This document shows positions 39,793 through 53,539 of a stretch of DNA of 64,000 bases, piece after piece (the first letter of the stretch is position 1; each line of letters begins with the position of its first letter). Source of the DNA: Octopus sinensis (lineage: Eukaryota); the NCBI RefSeq assembly GCF_006345805.1, contig NC_043002.1, positions 88,970,001 through 89,034,000 of the forward strand, given 5' to 3'. Made by a program: the position numbers and the translations under genes. The notes beneath the pieces are model-generated. The model ran no database searches. It saw only the letters and a program-made list of their open reading frames with translations, and was not told the DNA's origin.

Positions 39793-40639
39793 TACAAAGT
39801 CTGATCAATAAGTATCTGGACTGTTGCTATAGTAACAAATCTAAAGCATGCAGAGTGAAGCTGCTTGGTAAAGATTGATCTTGTACTCTGCCATGCATGC
39901 GTACTAAGTTTTAACGGTCTAGCTCACTTCTGCTTTTTACAGCAGTGCTTGGAAGGAAGGTGTGTAGTGTGTGACCATCGCATTGACCATGACAGAGAAA
40001 GTTGTCAAGGCAATACCTGCTCAGAGGCTTGTGCAAAGTTGCAGAAAGTGTATGGAGAGGAGTGTATGAGCCACACACAAGTGTATGAGTAGTTCAGACA
40101 TTTTCAAGATGGCCGAAAAAAATGTCAATATTGATGGACATTCTGGGAGACACACAACCAGCAGGAGTGAGAAAAACATCACAGATGTGCATGCAGCTGT
40201 GAGAGGAAAATCATCGAATCCCCATCCGTGAGTTATCAGAGGACATACAGACAAGTTACGGTTCAGTTCAGTTCATTATCACTGAAGATTTGGATATGAG
40301 ACGTGTGTCTGCCAAGTTTATGTCAAAACTGCTTTCAGCTGACCAAAAAGACACTGGGGTTTCAGTTGTACAAGATCTCCTTGATTGTGTCAAGAATGAT
40401 GGAAACTATTTGAAAATTATGCATAGGCTGCTGAGCAGGTATTGCCAAGCTTTTGGCAAAATTTGATGCAGATTCTCTGCTCAACTTTCTCTGTCATGGT
40501 CAATGCAACAACCACACACTACACACCTTCCTTCCAAGCACTGCTGTAAACAACAGAAGTGAGTTAGGACGTTAAAACTTAGTGCAAGGTCAATCTGTGC
40601 CAAGCAGCTTCACTCTGCGTATTTTAGCTGTGTTACTAT
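39793..40639 (+). mobile_element. Mariner-family deletion derivative: N-terminal transposase remnant between long inverted ends
   Basis: Starts ta|caaagtctgatcaataag. Remnant KLQKVYGEECMSHTQVYE*FRHFQDGR...HSGR..TS...IRELSEDIQTSYGSVQFIITEDLDMRRVSAKFMSKLLSADQK matches mariner HTH domains plus the WVPHEL-equivalent linker. 40430-40639 is the reverse complement of the left end. Confidence 0.88.
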
Positions 40640-40957
40640 TTCAATGCTCCACTTACCCAAGTTTGCACACAAACGCACACACACACATATACACCTGTAC
40701 ATACATATATATACACACACATACATATACGCACTGTGTTGCCCTTATAAGAATATATTTTAAAACTGGAACTGAATTGCTATAATAGAAGCAAATAATT
40801 TATAAAAAATTAAGCGACTTGAAAGAAAACTACAGAACCATTGCCTTATATGTAAGCTTTACATCCTCCAAGACTATTGCAAATCCATTAAGGTAGTGAA
40901 TGATGAGTAGGTAGATGGAAAGAACAATGCAGGGTGTGATGGATGCTTAATTATCAA

Positions 40958-41176
40958 CCCTTTAGCATTCAGATTATTCTGTCAAATGTAATGCTTATTG
41001 ATTCACATTGTTTTTGAATTACCATGCATTATCTTATAGTCGTTGGATTTTTGTAATGTGATTGCTGATTTTTTAATGATATTGTAGGGTAGGTGTGAAA
41101 GGCTGGATCTGGCTGGTTTGAACATAAAACAGGTAGAATATTTGGGCTGAATATGGCCAGTTTGGATACTAAAGGG
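40958..41176. mobile_element. piggyBac-like MITE family D
   Basis: tcaa|ccctttagcattc...actaaaggg|ttaa. Further copies lie at about 45770-45995, 47851-48080 and 49964-50608. Confidence 0.8.
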
Positions 41177-41257
41177 TTAACGTTCTATGATCTGAAATAA
41201 AGAAACTTGACTGCAGTAAGGTTTTTAATTATCCCTAACCCTAACATACTATCGTTT

Positions 41258-41468
41258 TCAGATTTGTTTTGCACAAGGCCAGCAATGTTAGGGGAGGGGT
41301 AAGTCGATTACATCAGCCTCAGTACTTGACTGGCACTTTATTTTATCAATCCTATAAAGATGAAAGTCAAAACTGACCTTGGCAGTATTTGAAATCAGAA
41401 CATAAAAGCCAGTTAAGGCCATTAAGCATTTTGCTTGACATGTAAACAATTCTGCTAGCTTACCGCCT
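41258..41468 (-). mobile_element. SINE family B-related copy
   Basis: gcacaaggccagcaa...gatgaaagtcaaa...gctagcttaccgcctt, homologous to 34930-35140. Confidence 0.75.
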
Positions 41469-42536
41469 TAGCACACTATTGCCAAGTCATTTCACTCAGT
41501 GAAAGTATCTGATCAACCATTTTCAATCGCATAACTGAAAGCACAAGGATTGCCTTGAATTTCAAAAGAAACATTCCAAAGGGTGGTCTCTCTCTACTTT
41601 TGCATTTTAACAGCACTAAACAAAACTTCTTTTTTTTTTTTGCTTGCTTTTTTTTTTACAACAAAAATTGTGTACTAAAGTTTACAACATCAAGAGAAAC
41701 TAATGTAACCCATAATTTCTTTGTCAAAGCAAAAAGATCTACACTGGATATATCCCTGGTGCTGAGAAGCAGCTTGGTTTAATAACATTTCCAGCAGATA
41801 TAAGGATGGAACTTGGCCAGAAGAAATATTCACACATAACGTGGGAAAATTGCTTTCCAAATTTTGTTGAAAACAACAAGTACTACATATAACTTGGTTT
41901 TGACAAAATGTATTATACAGAGGTATTATAAACAAAGATATTACATTTGATTTTTTTTGTAATTATGGTTTTTGGAGTTTTTCACTTACAAAGCACCATG
42001 TTACAATGTATTTGTACTGCAAAGATCAATAGCAACATTTGGAAGGTTTGACAGGACTATAAAAGAAATACAGTTCAATAACATAAAAACCCAGAAGATC
42101 CTAACTTTAGTTGGATGCTTTCATAGAAATAGTGACACTGAAACACAAGTTCAGAAAATCTCTTGAGTGTTGCTTAGTATCATCTGAGCAACAAAAGCAA
42201 CTATATCAAGTGTTCAAGAGCAAGGACATCAACACCCTGTAGAATTCACTTGTGACTGTTAATAAGTACTTAACACTTGGTGATATTCCAAGGATAAATC
42301 TACCACAGAGATCTGGAGGGGAAACACTGTGTGCCAACATAAAGTTATACATAGGTAGTTTAGTGATAAAGCAAGCAGTTATATTAGCTATTAATTATTT
42401 CAAATTTTGATACAAGGCCAGGAATTTTTTAGTGGGAGAGGGTTAGTCTATTACAGTATTTGCTTGGTACTTTATTTTATCCACCCTGAAAAGATGAAAG
42501 GTAAAGTTGACTTCAACAGCATTTGAAAAATGATGT

Positions 42537-42961
42537 GGATCTTTTCGGTTTGAACGGCAGTTTTTAACATAATTTCTAGGTAACTAAAAAATTTTAAACT
42601 TCGTCTACTGGTAGAATGTGTTTATAAAACATCTTTTTCTCTTGGCTTTATTGAGAATAATTCTATAGTTTGTAAGATATTAGTGTTTTTTTTTTTTCCT
42701 TCAATTCCTGCAATTTCAACCAATCAAATATGTCTATTGAGGTAAAAAAAAACATTCTGTGCCATATGAATATGTCCCTCGTTTAAGAAACAGATTGGAT
42801 TTATTTACATTTGTGAAAAAAAAAAGATATCCTTCCCCCCACCCCTAACCCTAACCCTAAAACAGATTGAAATGCAATAGATCGATACTAGGGTCATAAT
42901 TATGGGTGACAATTACATATAACACTGCTAGAAAAAACTGCTGTTCAAACCGAAAAGATCC
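42537..42961. mobile_element. GGATC-ended MITE with telomeric repeats, copy 2, nested in a SINE B-related copy (42400-43010)
   Basis: TIRs ggatcttttcggtttgaacggcagttttt / aaaaactgctgttcaaaccgaaaagatcc; perfect 8-bp TSD aatgatgt (42529-36, 42962-69); internal ccctaaccctaaccctaa. Confidence 0.92.
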
Positions 42962-44134
42962 AATGATGTAAAGAGCCAGAAGAAATGCTGCTAAGCATTT
43001 TGTCCAGTTCTGACTTGTAACTGTTTCATTAAACTCTCATGGTTAAACTTTAACAATCAAAGACAGCCACAAAATATCTACTGAGCAATAATTGATACCG
43101 ACAAGACATGTATAAGAAAAATACTGTTTGAAAGAAACTAGCCAAATAAATATTAAATCAACTATAAAGAGGAGGGGGAAAAAAACCCATTAAATCATAT
43201 TGCAAAACCTCTGCATCTAACATGAGAACTTTCAGACTAAATTGCTGCCTGACTAGTTTCCATCTCTCTCATCTCCTGGATCAAAAGCTTCTTACGAGTC
43301 ATTTTAAATGCAATGACAGAGATAAAATAATAATGGAAAAGTTAGTTATCTTACCAAATCCTTCCAACTTCTAATTATAATGAAATTCTGATTATTTTCA
43401 AATTAATTGAAAGAACCAGACAATGTTCATTAGAAATTGATGGTGGTTGTAGTTTTGGTGGTGGTGGTGATGGTGGTGGTAGTGGTAGTTTTGGTGGTGG
43501 TGGTAGTGGTAGTTTTGGTGGTGGTGGTGGTGTTAGAAAACAGTTAAATCAGTGATATACATTTTGCTATATCTCTTTCATATGCAACACTTTTAACATG
43601 AAAACGTTGGGGAAATTTATCCAGATGATAGAGAGATAAATCAGATGTAGTTATGAGGGAATGATAAGGTCTTATAACAAGCTAAAATGTCAAATAAAAC
43701 TGGACAGAGATTGATAACAAGATAGCAGGTTGTCAAAAGCAGTTATTTTCAGAAGCAAGCACAGTAACAACCTTACACAGATGTTATCACAGGCAAACAA
43801 TATTAATTGCATATACAGTTGATAACATTGTATGACAACAATATATCAATGATAACCAGATGCATATTATGACAGGCAAATATGCAAATATATACACATA
43901 TATCAACCATATCGCAATAAACATACCATTTGCTCAACATACAAAATTAAGTAACAAGTTTTTTTATAAGTATTTTGATAATTAACAATCAACAAAATTT
44001 TCTTCACAAATGTGCTTCAATTTATGAAAATAATATATATATTGATATAGAAAACAAAAACCTAGGATTAACCACAAAAGTAAATTTATTAATTTAAACT
44101 ATTGCTGACACGAGTAAATTAGGTTTATAAACTG

Positions 44135-44347
44135 GTTTCAGATTTTGGCAAAATCACAGCAATTTTGGGAGGGATCAGTAAGTCAATTACACTGACCCCA
44201 GGGCTCAACTGGTACTTATTTTATCGACCCTGAAAGGATGAAAGGCTAAGTCAATCACAGTAGAATCTGAACTCAGAACATAAAGATGGAGAATGCCACT
44301 AAGCATTTTGCCCAGAATGCTAATGATTCTATCAGTTTATCACCTTA
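44135..44347 (-). mobile_element. SINE family B-related copy
   Basis: Homology to 34930-35140. Confidence 0.75.
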
Positions 44348-44497
44348 AATCAGATTTACATATTGCCATTTATGTTAAGCTTGCTTACATAACAAACTAT
44401 AATAATAACAATGTTTCTATAATTCAAACAATGATATTCTCACTAAATTTTCCATTGTCTATATAACAGCTTGTTCCCAATCTACAAGTTTACCCTT

Positions 44498-44530
<33 letters not shown>

Positions 44531-45269
44531 TACAGTTATTTCCAGTATAAAATATGAGCTATGCAAGATACTTAAAATGTTATTTCACACCAGCAGTTTT
44601 CTTAAAGTTTTAATACACAAAAACAACTCTTAAAATCATTTTGAAACAGAGATGGGTGCACACATTGCATTAAAAACATTGTAGTATTCTAAATATTTTT
44701 GCTTTTTCTGACACCTGAAAAACTCACAGCACATCTACATACCACAATACAATACAGTGATTATATCATTATTTATAGACATTTAACTATAGTCTGTTTT
44801 GCTCAAACTCTGTGTCTTTCCCTCTCCAACATGCATACAGACACACACACATGTACATATACTTTACACTACATGAGATGAGATAGAGCCAGGTAGATAA
44901 GGTATTGAATTAACTACTCGCAGGCAGAGAGTTCAAGTCCATTGTTGAAGTTTCGGTGAGTTCCTTGCTCAATTTCCCTAACTGCCAAAGACAAGGACTA
45001 GCTTTATCTGGTTCAGCCTTACAGCAAAATCCAGCAATCATTTCAGTCAGACTAGCTATTAGATCTTGAATCTGGTTCTCACTATATGTTGTACATGCAC
45101 CAGCCTATTCAACTTAGATAAAACTACAGTTTGATCAAAGCAATGTTGGTCTATATTGATAAAACTGTATAAATAACAATTTGCAAACCTAAACAAGCCT
45201 GCTGGGAAGATATGATTTCCATCGTTTTAAGTAAAGCTCTTTGATGGAAAAAGCTTTGAAGATTAGCAA

Positions 45270-45645
45270 GTATGGCTGCATAGTTAAGAAGTTAACTTTG
45301 CTACCATGTGGTTTTAGGTTCAGTTCCACTATGGGCCACTACTATAGCCTCAGGCCAACTGAAACCTTATGAGCAAATATGGTAGACAGAAACTGTGTGA
45401 AGGCCCATCGTGTGTGTGTGTGTTTGTGCATGCATGCATGTGTTCATTCCTCACACCACTATTTGACAACTGGTATTAGTTTATTTAGGCCTGTCTAACT
45501 TAGCAGTTCAGTAAAAAGAAACTAATAGAATAAGTATTAGACTTAAAAATACTTAGTGGAATTGATGTGTTTGGCTAAACTGTTCAAGGTTGTGCCCCAA
45601 TATGGTGGCAGATCAATGACTGAAACAAATAAAACAATAAAAGAA
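45270..45645 (+). mobile_element. Old, diverged SINE family A copy
   Basis: Recognisable head, ggtagacagaaactg body and aatgactgaaacaa tail. Confidence 0.7.
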
Positions 45646-46139
45646 TAAATTCTCTACAACATCAGAAAGCAAATGCATCAAAGAAGTGCCCTTCCCAAAA
45701 CACTAAACATTTGCCCTCCCCATTAGTATACAAACTAGTTCAAATTAGTGAATATTATGCTACATTAAATAACTCCTTAGCATTTGATCCAGCCATATCC
45801 AGCTCAAGTAGTCTACCTGGTTTATGTTAAAACTGACCACATCCAACCTCTCATACCTACCCTACAACATCATTCTAAAAAATATGCAAACACACCATTG
45901 GAACTTTGAAGCTGCAAGATAACACATGATTAATCCAAAACAGTATGAATAAATAAGGAATACATTTGACAAAGAAATCTGAATGCTATAAAGTTACACT
46001 CATTACACACAAGATATTCACTTCCCCCACCCCAGGGGAGTAGCTTTCGTGATTTCAGATGACTTCGACTATGTATTCCAGAAATATATTTTGAAGATAA
46101 TGGTTTTGCTTGTTTGCACTATCTGAATTGTTTTAATGT

Positions 46140-46412
46140 CATTGCCAGCCTCGTCTGGCCCCCGTGCCGGTGGCACATAAAAAGCACCATCCGATCGTGG
46201 CCATTTGCCAGCCTCGTCTGGCACCTGTTCAGGTGGCATGTAAAAAGCACCCACTACACTCACGGAGTGGTTGGCGTTAGGAAGGGCATCCAGCTGTAGA
46301 AACACTGCCAGATCAGACTGGGCCTGGCGCAGCCTTCTGGCTTCCCAGACCCCAGTTGAACCATCCAACCCATGCTAGCATGGAAAACGGACGTTAAACG
46401 ATGATGATGATG
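46140..46412 (+). mobile_element. Retroposon family C copy (plus orientation)
   Basis: ggcgttaggaagggcatccagctgtagaaac...ggacgttaaacgatgatgatg. Confidence 0.88.
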
Positions 46413-47179
46413 AACTAACTGTTACTTTCTCAGATGCAGCACAAAGCTTTGTCAGTGAACAGGTCTCAAAGCGACGAAAATATTTTGACAAATTAAATTT
46501 AAATGTTGAAGTGAATCTAACGGTTTTGTGTGTTTCTTAAATGGCTTATAAACACCTTCCGCGCTGAAATTGTTTAACACTTTATTATACATAAAATAGT
46601 TGTTGCTGTCCTCTGCTTCTACAAGAGCAGCTGTATAGTAGAGGTCAACAATGACTATCTTGGGAAATGCAACCACAAAAGACTTGAGAAGTCAACCACA
46701 GAAGATTGGCAACAAATGGGTGTTAGATTTCTAACAATAAGTTTCATGGAAGAATAATGTCTTGTTGACAATAGTGTAATTGTTTACAGGTTTCCAATGT
46801 CCTAATCACTAAGTCACTGCATTTCAGACAATGACAGTAGCAGGGGGGGGGGGGAGGTCTGTAACTTAATATCTCAAAGGACTTCAATTTTTTCCTTTCG
46901 TTTATATCTTCTCATTGTTGCTTATATCCTTCGCTGAAAACTACACACACACACACACACACATACACGTGTGCACATGCCCTAACACTAACATACTAAA
47001 ATTATTTTATACCCAGCAGAGTGTTTATTGGACAATCTAAAATTCTTAATGTAGATATGCCTACAGTTCTAAAATTATATAATCTTAGGTGTGAAAAGCT
47101 TATATTTGTTTTTTGAAGTGAGGTTAACAATTAAAATTTTAGTTATGTCCACATCAAAAAATTATAGATTATATATAAC

Positions 47180-47337
47180 AGGCACAGCTGTGTTATAAGA
47201 AGTTTGCTTCCCAACCACATAGTTCTAGGTTCAGTCCCACTGTGTAGCACTTTGGACAAGTGTTTTCTACTATAGCCCTGGGCCAATCAAAGCCTTGTGA
47301 GTGGATTTGGTAGACAGAAACTGAAAGAAACCTGTTC

Positions 47338-47381
<44 letters not shown>

Positions 47382-47531
47382 TTATTTATTTCGATGGGTG
47401 GATGAATATATACATATATATATATTATGAATACATATATATTATGAATACATATATATATATTATGAATACATATATATATATTATGAATACATATATA
47501 TATATTATGAATACATATATATATATTATGA

Positions 47532-47591
<60 letters not shown>

Positions 47592-47745
47592 CAGGCTTCT
47601 ACACAATTTTTGTGTACAAAATTCCACTCACAAGATATTTGCAAGACTATTGTAAAAGATACATGCCCAAGGAGCCAAACATTTTGATTGAACCTGAAAC
47701 CAAATGGTTGTGAAGCAAACTTCCCAACCACACAGCCATACCTAG
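47180..47745. mobile_element. Two SINE A 5' halves in inverted orientation around a (TA)n / 22-bp minisatellite
   Basis: 47180-47336 is on + and 47590-47745 on -. The spacer has tattatgaatacatatata about six times. Confidence 0.75.
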
Positions 47746-49489
47746 ACCCTTTGATATAGCATTCAAATTCCCAGTTGATTTCATTCTGTCAAAACTAGTT
47801 CCTAAGCATCAAACATTGATTATATTTTCACATGTAAAACTCACTTTTATTTAATCATTTAGCATTCAAACCAGTCATATCCAACCCAAATATTCTATAT
47901 GTTTTATATTCAAACAAGCCAGACCTGGCCTCTCACACCTATCTTACAATGCCATTCTAAAAATAAAACAATCATACCAATGAAATCTCAAAGCTATGAG
48001 ATAATATATGACATTAATCAAAATAATGTGAATAAATAAGCATTAGATTTGACAGCACAATCTGAATGTTAAAGGGTTAAATGACACCAAAACGTAAAAC
48101 AATTTATAAGTATATACCACAGAAATTTAACATATCTATGGTAGCATGGAATCCATATTAGTATGAGCCCATTACAATATCTATAACGTGTAAAGAAAAT
48201 AGACTGACATGAGCATAAGTGACAGAAAATACGCACAGTATTGCTGTTGAAATATACTGTCATTGTTTTAGTAAATTTTGAAAATAAAAATTAGTAAAAT
48301 AGCTGTCATAATTTAGCTGATGTTTGGAACATAACATAATATTTTAATAAAAAATTTTAATTTAAATCACTTGAAAGATGAAGTTGGTATTAGGCAGCAG
48401 GCTCAGGCAAATAGCTTTCAACATTCCTAAATGGGAAAAAGAAAATCTATGAAAAATTAATGAGGAACTTCCAAATCCTACATCTAGGCTATTATTGCTT
48501 CACATTTGCCATTGGAGTACTCAGTGAGATTAGCTAAGTGCCTCAACACCAACTTTGAGAAGTGGAACAGATGTGACTCACTGATTTCCACACCATTTAC
48601 TTCAGAAGAATTGTTATATATGAACATTCAAAAAGTTCATCTGATTTACACTCACAGTTCTATAGTCAACAGAACACTACTCAGCACTAATTGCAACAAA
48701 TCCTTTGAATTCCCTGTTCATGATTCATAATCATACTGCATTACACTTCTCCAACTCATGGCCCCATTTAATCTGCCTTTCATGCAAGGGAGAGAGAGAG
48801 TGGGAGAGAGAGAAAAGTAGAAGGGCAGACAGAAAAAAGAAGAGAAAGTTTCCAAATGAGATATTTCTCTAAATATATTTGTTATGGCTTAGTTAAGAAA
48901 AGGAAGGGCAACACCCATGATCTTTGTGCATGTCCCATGAGACTGGTAGTGAGAAAGGGAAGAAGAAACTACATATTATGGATTTTTCCCCAAGCCTAAA
49001 ACCTGTTCCAAATACTTACAACAACAGGGTCAACTCTGGTAATGTTTCCACCCAAAGGACCAAGTAATGGTGTTAAACCAGGCAATGGATTAAATCTACC
49101 AGCCAAATATCATTGATTGTCATCAAAACCTAGCCAGTAAGTTGTTAAAAAGATTATATTTGGTACAGCAAAGAATCATATTAATCTGATACCATCTGAA
49201 GACATTTGTTCAAAACTATGGAAGCATATATTTAAGAATAACTGGAGTAAACTAAGACCAACATCTAAGAAGGTGAACAATTATAATATGATTTTTCTAT
49301 TAGGCATTTTTTAAGCTAAGCTAATACAATGGATTGATTTGAATCCTTGTATATTACTGGTACTATCTAATACAAGAGGACTGATTTAAACTCAAAAATA
49401 TTAATGTATAAACTATGCTCTACTATGTCTTCATAAACTTTAACGAATAAAATTATAATGGTGATAATGAAAAAATACAATTAGATACA

Positions 49490-49642
49490 GGCATGGCTGT
49501 GTGGTGAGAAGTTTGCTCCCCAACCATATGGTTCTGGGTTCAGTTCCACTGCATGGCACCTTGGGCAAGTGTTTTCTACAATAGCCCCAGGACAATCAAA
49601 ACCTTGAGTGGAACTGGTAAACAGAAACTGAAAGAAGCCCGT

Positions 49643-49690
<48 letters not shown>

Positions 49691-49890
49691 ATACGTATAT
49701 CCATGTATGTGCATGTTTGTGTTTGTCACCCAACACTGTTTGGCAACAGGTGTTGATTTCTTTACGTCCCTGTAACTTAGTAGTTTCAGGCTAAAAAAAA
49801 AAATAAGTACCAGGGTCGATTTGTTTGACTAAACCCTTCAAAGCAGTACCCCAGCATCACTGCATTCACAGAAACAAGTAAAAGAGAAAC
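49490..49890 (+). mobile_element. Diverged SINE family A copy
   Basis: Homology to 16553-16942. Confidence 0.8.
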
Positions 49891-50066
49891 TGAAAGACCA
49901 ATTATTGGCTAAGATAAAAAATTAAAAAATGACACCATATATCATTCAACTTATTGTTTTTAACCCTTTAACAATTACATTATTCTGTCAAAAGTAGTAT
50001 TTATTTAATTACATTGCTTTGAATTAATCATCCATTATCTTGTAGGTTTAAGATTTTGAAGAGGTA

Positions 50067-50267
50067 ACTCTTTTACTTGTTTCAGTCATTTGACTGTGGC
50101 CATGCTGGAGCACCACCTTTAGTCGAGCAAATCAACCCCAGGACTTATTCTTTGTAAACCTAGTACTTATTCTATCAGTCTCTTTTGCTGAACGGTTAAG
50201 TTACGGGGATGTAAACACACCAGCATCGGTTGTCAAGCGATGTTGGGAGACAAACACAGACACACAA

Positions 50268-50314
<47 letters not shown>

Positions 50315-50483
50315 CATATATACGACGGGCTTCTTTCAGTTTCCATCTACCAAATCCACTCACAAGGCTTTGGTCGGCCCGAGGCTATAGTAGAAGACAC
50401 TTGCCCAAGGTGCCACGCAGTGGGACTGAACCTGGAACCATGTGGTTCATAAGCAAGCTACTTACCACACAGCCACTCCTGCA
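50067..50483 (-). mobile_element. Full-length SINE family A inserted into a family D MITE (49964-50608)
   Basis: Complete reverse-complement copy, with MITE D sequence continuing on both sides. Confidence 0.9.
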
Positions 50484-50761
50484 CCTTACTGTTAATTTTT
50501 AGAATAATATTGTAGGATTGGTGTGAGAGACTACATCTGGCCAGTTTGAACATAAAGCAGGTTGAATATTTTGTCTGGACATGGCTGGTTTAAATGCTAA
50601 AGGTTTAAAATCAATAGTTCTTTTTCTAGAAAGAAAGTCCCCAAAATAAGCTTAGTCTAAAAATAGTAACATTTGATTACAATTTGTAATTTATTAATCA
50701 TCTCATCTTCAGGAAATTGAGATACGAAATGCAGAGTTCAGAGAATGAACTAAAATATTGA

Positions 50762-50998
50762 TTTCACAGTTTGGCACAAGACCAGCAATTTCAGGAGAGA
50801 GTGTTAGTTGATTTCATCGGCTCCAGTGTTCAACTGGTACTTATTTTATCGACCCCACCACCACCACCACCACCACCAAAAAAAAAAAGAATGAAAGGCA
50901 ATGTTGACCTCAGTGGAATTTGAACTCAGAAAATAACGATGGGTGAAATGCCACTAAGCAATTTGTCCAGCATGCTAACAATTTTGCCAGCTCACCGA
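50762..50998 (-). mobile_element. SINE family B-related copy with a 14-bp TSD
   Basis: TSD tgaactaaaatatt at 50746-50759 and 51000-51013. Confidence 0.85.
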
Positions 50999-51019
50999 CT
51001 GAACTAAAATATTAAAATG

Positions 51020-51060
<41 letters not shown>

Positions 51061-52029
51061 CAAGTCTATGTGTTTGTGTGTTTACACATGTACAAACATG
51101 TGCATGCATGTACGTGTGTGTGTGTATGTAAACATGTATGTGTGGTTGTGTGTGTCTCTATGTGCATATGCATGTATTTGTACGTGTGCATGTGTGCACG
51201 TTGTCTATATTCTTCCCCATCTCCACCAGCTTTAAATTTCAGCAACAGCAGAACATTTACTGCAGGCATTTCTCACAGATAACATCAGTCTGCAAAACAA
51301 TACTAGAAAAATTGGAGGGTGGACGGGGGAGGAATTTTCAACCACTGCCAAAATAATTGATATCTAGGTTGAGAGATGTGGGACATTCCTCATTCAGTAT
51401 ATAATCTCTATGAAGAATTCCTCAGTTGGGCCACATTTGCACAAATTCATTATGGTAATTCGCCATTGTACTTCTCATCACTGTTGCCACTCACTAATCA
51501 TTCTGAAAGTAGTACCTCCCACACATCATAGCATCAAAATATACAGAACTAAAAGAAGGAGAAAAGAGAACAAAAGAAACTATGAAGAGGGTGCTTCACA
51601 AAATGCAATCATATTGAGTACAAATCCACCACACCACCACCACCACCAACTTCATCATATTCATTTTGATCTAAACTTAGTCTTAATTTAACATCCATCC
51701 TACACAAAAACCAAGAAGGGGGAAAAAATGAAATTAAGCTGTGACAACATTCACCGCTGAGCAGACGTTTATTTACAGCACCCCACCTCCTATATCCTCA
51801 CGTTACATCATTTTCTGGAAGCCAGAAACAATGAACTATTTAATAATAATGTTATTAAATTTCAAAAAAGGAACTGAAAATAAGAGAAAAAAATTGAATT
51901 AAAAAAAAATATTTGAATATTAAAATATCAAAACAAAGATAAAATATCGATGTTGTAATTAAATGTAAGAATATTCTCTCAACAAATCCCAGCTTGTTAG
52001 CAAATTGATGTATGATAGCATAGAGGTAG

Positions 52030-52432
52030 TTAACAACCACAGATGGTACAACAGCAGATAACAACTGATAGTATAGCAGCAGATAACAAGGATTGACAGT
52101 GTAGCAGCAGGCATCAACCAGTGATAGTAAAGCAGCAGATAATAACCACCGCTGATAGTAAAGCTGCAAATTATAACAACCACTGATAGTACTACAGCAG
52201 ATAATAACCAATGATGGTATATAACCAGGTAACAAACCACTGATAGTGTGGGCAACAGATAACCATTATAATGCAGCAACAGATAAGAGACAGTGATAGT
52301 ATGGTAGCAGATGACCATTGATGATAGTATGGCAGCAGATAATAACCACTGATAATGTAGCGGCAGATATCACTCATAGTATAGCAGCAGATAATAACCA
52401 GTGATAGTATAACAGCAGATAAGAACCACTGT
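52030..52432. repeat. Degenerate ~28-30-bp minisatellite (gatagtatagcagcagataataaccact), about 13 copies
   Basis: Recurring gcagat, aaccac and tgatagt anchors. Confidence 0.85.
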
Positions 52433-53500
52433 GAGAAAGAAGGGAAGCATAGTTCCAGCACGAGTCATTATACACTCTTGAGAGATATGGAGATGTTACA
52501 CATGACGCATACCAAAAAGATGTCAGCAGTGAAATGTGTGGGCTGCACATGCAACATGCACAGAGGAAAGGGAGAAAGTAGGGGGGAACAAGAGTGCAAA
52601 CAATGAAACAGACAGATATACAAAATAAATACATAAAAGTATAATTTCTTTTGATTAGGTTCAATATCAAATTAAAAAATAAATAATAACATTTTCTTAG
52701 ATATACATAAACCTGAATATTTTTAGAAAATAAATGGAAAATTGTGATGTTCATGCCTTGCACAAAAGCATGCCTATAAGTGGAGGGATTCTAACAAGGA
52801 ATTCAAACCAAGTCACAGATATGTTTTCTCCAAGAACTTATTACTGCTTCACAATTGCAACTGCTGCATACACAAACATTATGATAATAACTGCTTGCTT
52901 TATATAAGCTTGAAGCTTGTGCCTTTAGAAGATGGCTGGGGGAGTTGAAAACTTATGGAAAACTTGTTTAGGTTTTGGAGAGAAAAGTGACAAAGAATGA
53001 AGAGAAAAAGGGTAGAGAGAGGTGAGCTAATCCCTCTCCCAGCTCTCTCTCTTTCCATCTCTAAAAATATAAAAGATTTCCTGATATGCTTCTAGGGTAT
53101 GGATTTTTTTTTTTTTTTTTTTTTGTTAGGATATGTAAGGACTTAACAGTTATATTCATATAAAAAAGAAGGATCCTGTTGAATACGAGGGGAGGTTAAA
53201 ATACAGCACAATAAAGCAATTGAAATTGACTTCTAACAAAGAGAAGTTGATTTAATACATGCTAAACATGCTAACTAAACAAGCAAATGTATATAGTTGA
53301 AACTGATTGAAACACACACACACACACATATCAATAGTACATCCTCCCCTATTTCTATAGCTTATCACATTACACACATTGGTGACTAATTAGTGACAGT
53401 GGCTGTCTTATCAATATTTACTATGGCATAGAATAGATGGAAATTAAGTCATCAAATGATAGCGTTTGGTGAGTGGTGGTGGTGGTCGTCGTCGTGGTGA

Positions 53501-53539
<39 letters not shown>

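Noticed and set aside
46452-46676. 74-aa ORF of ordinary composition
   Set aside because: No recognisable motif, a non-ATG start and no flanking splice signals.
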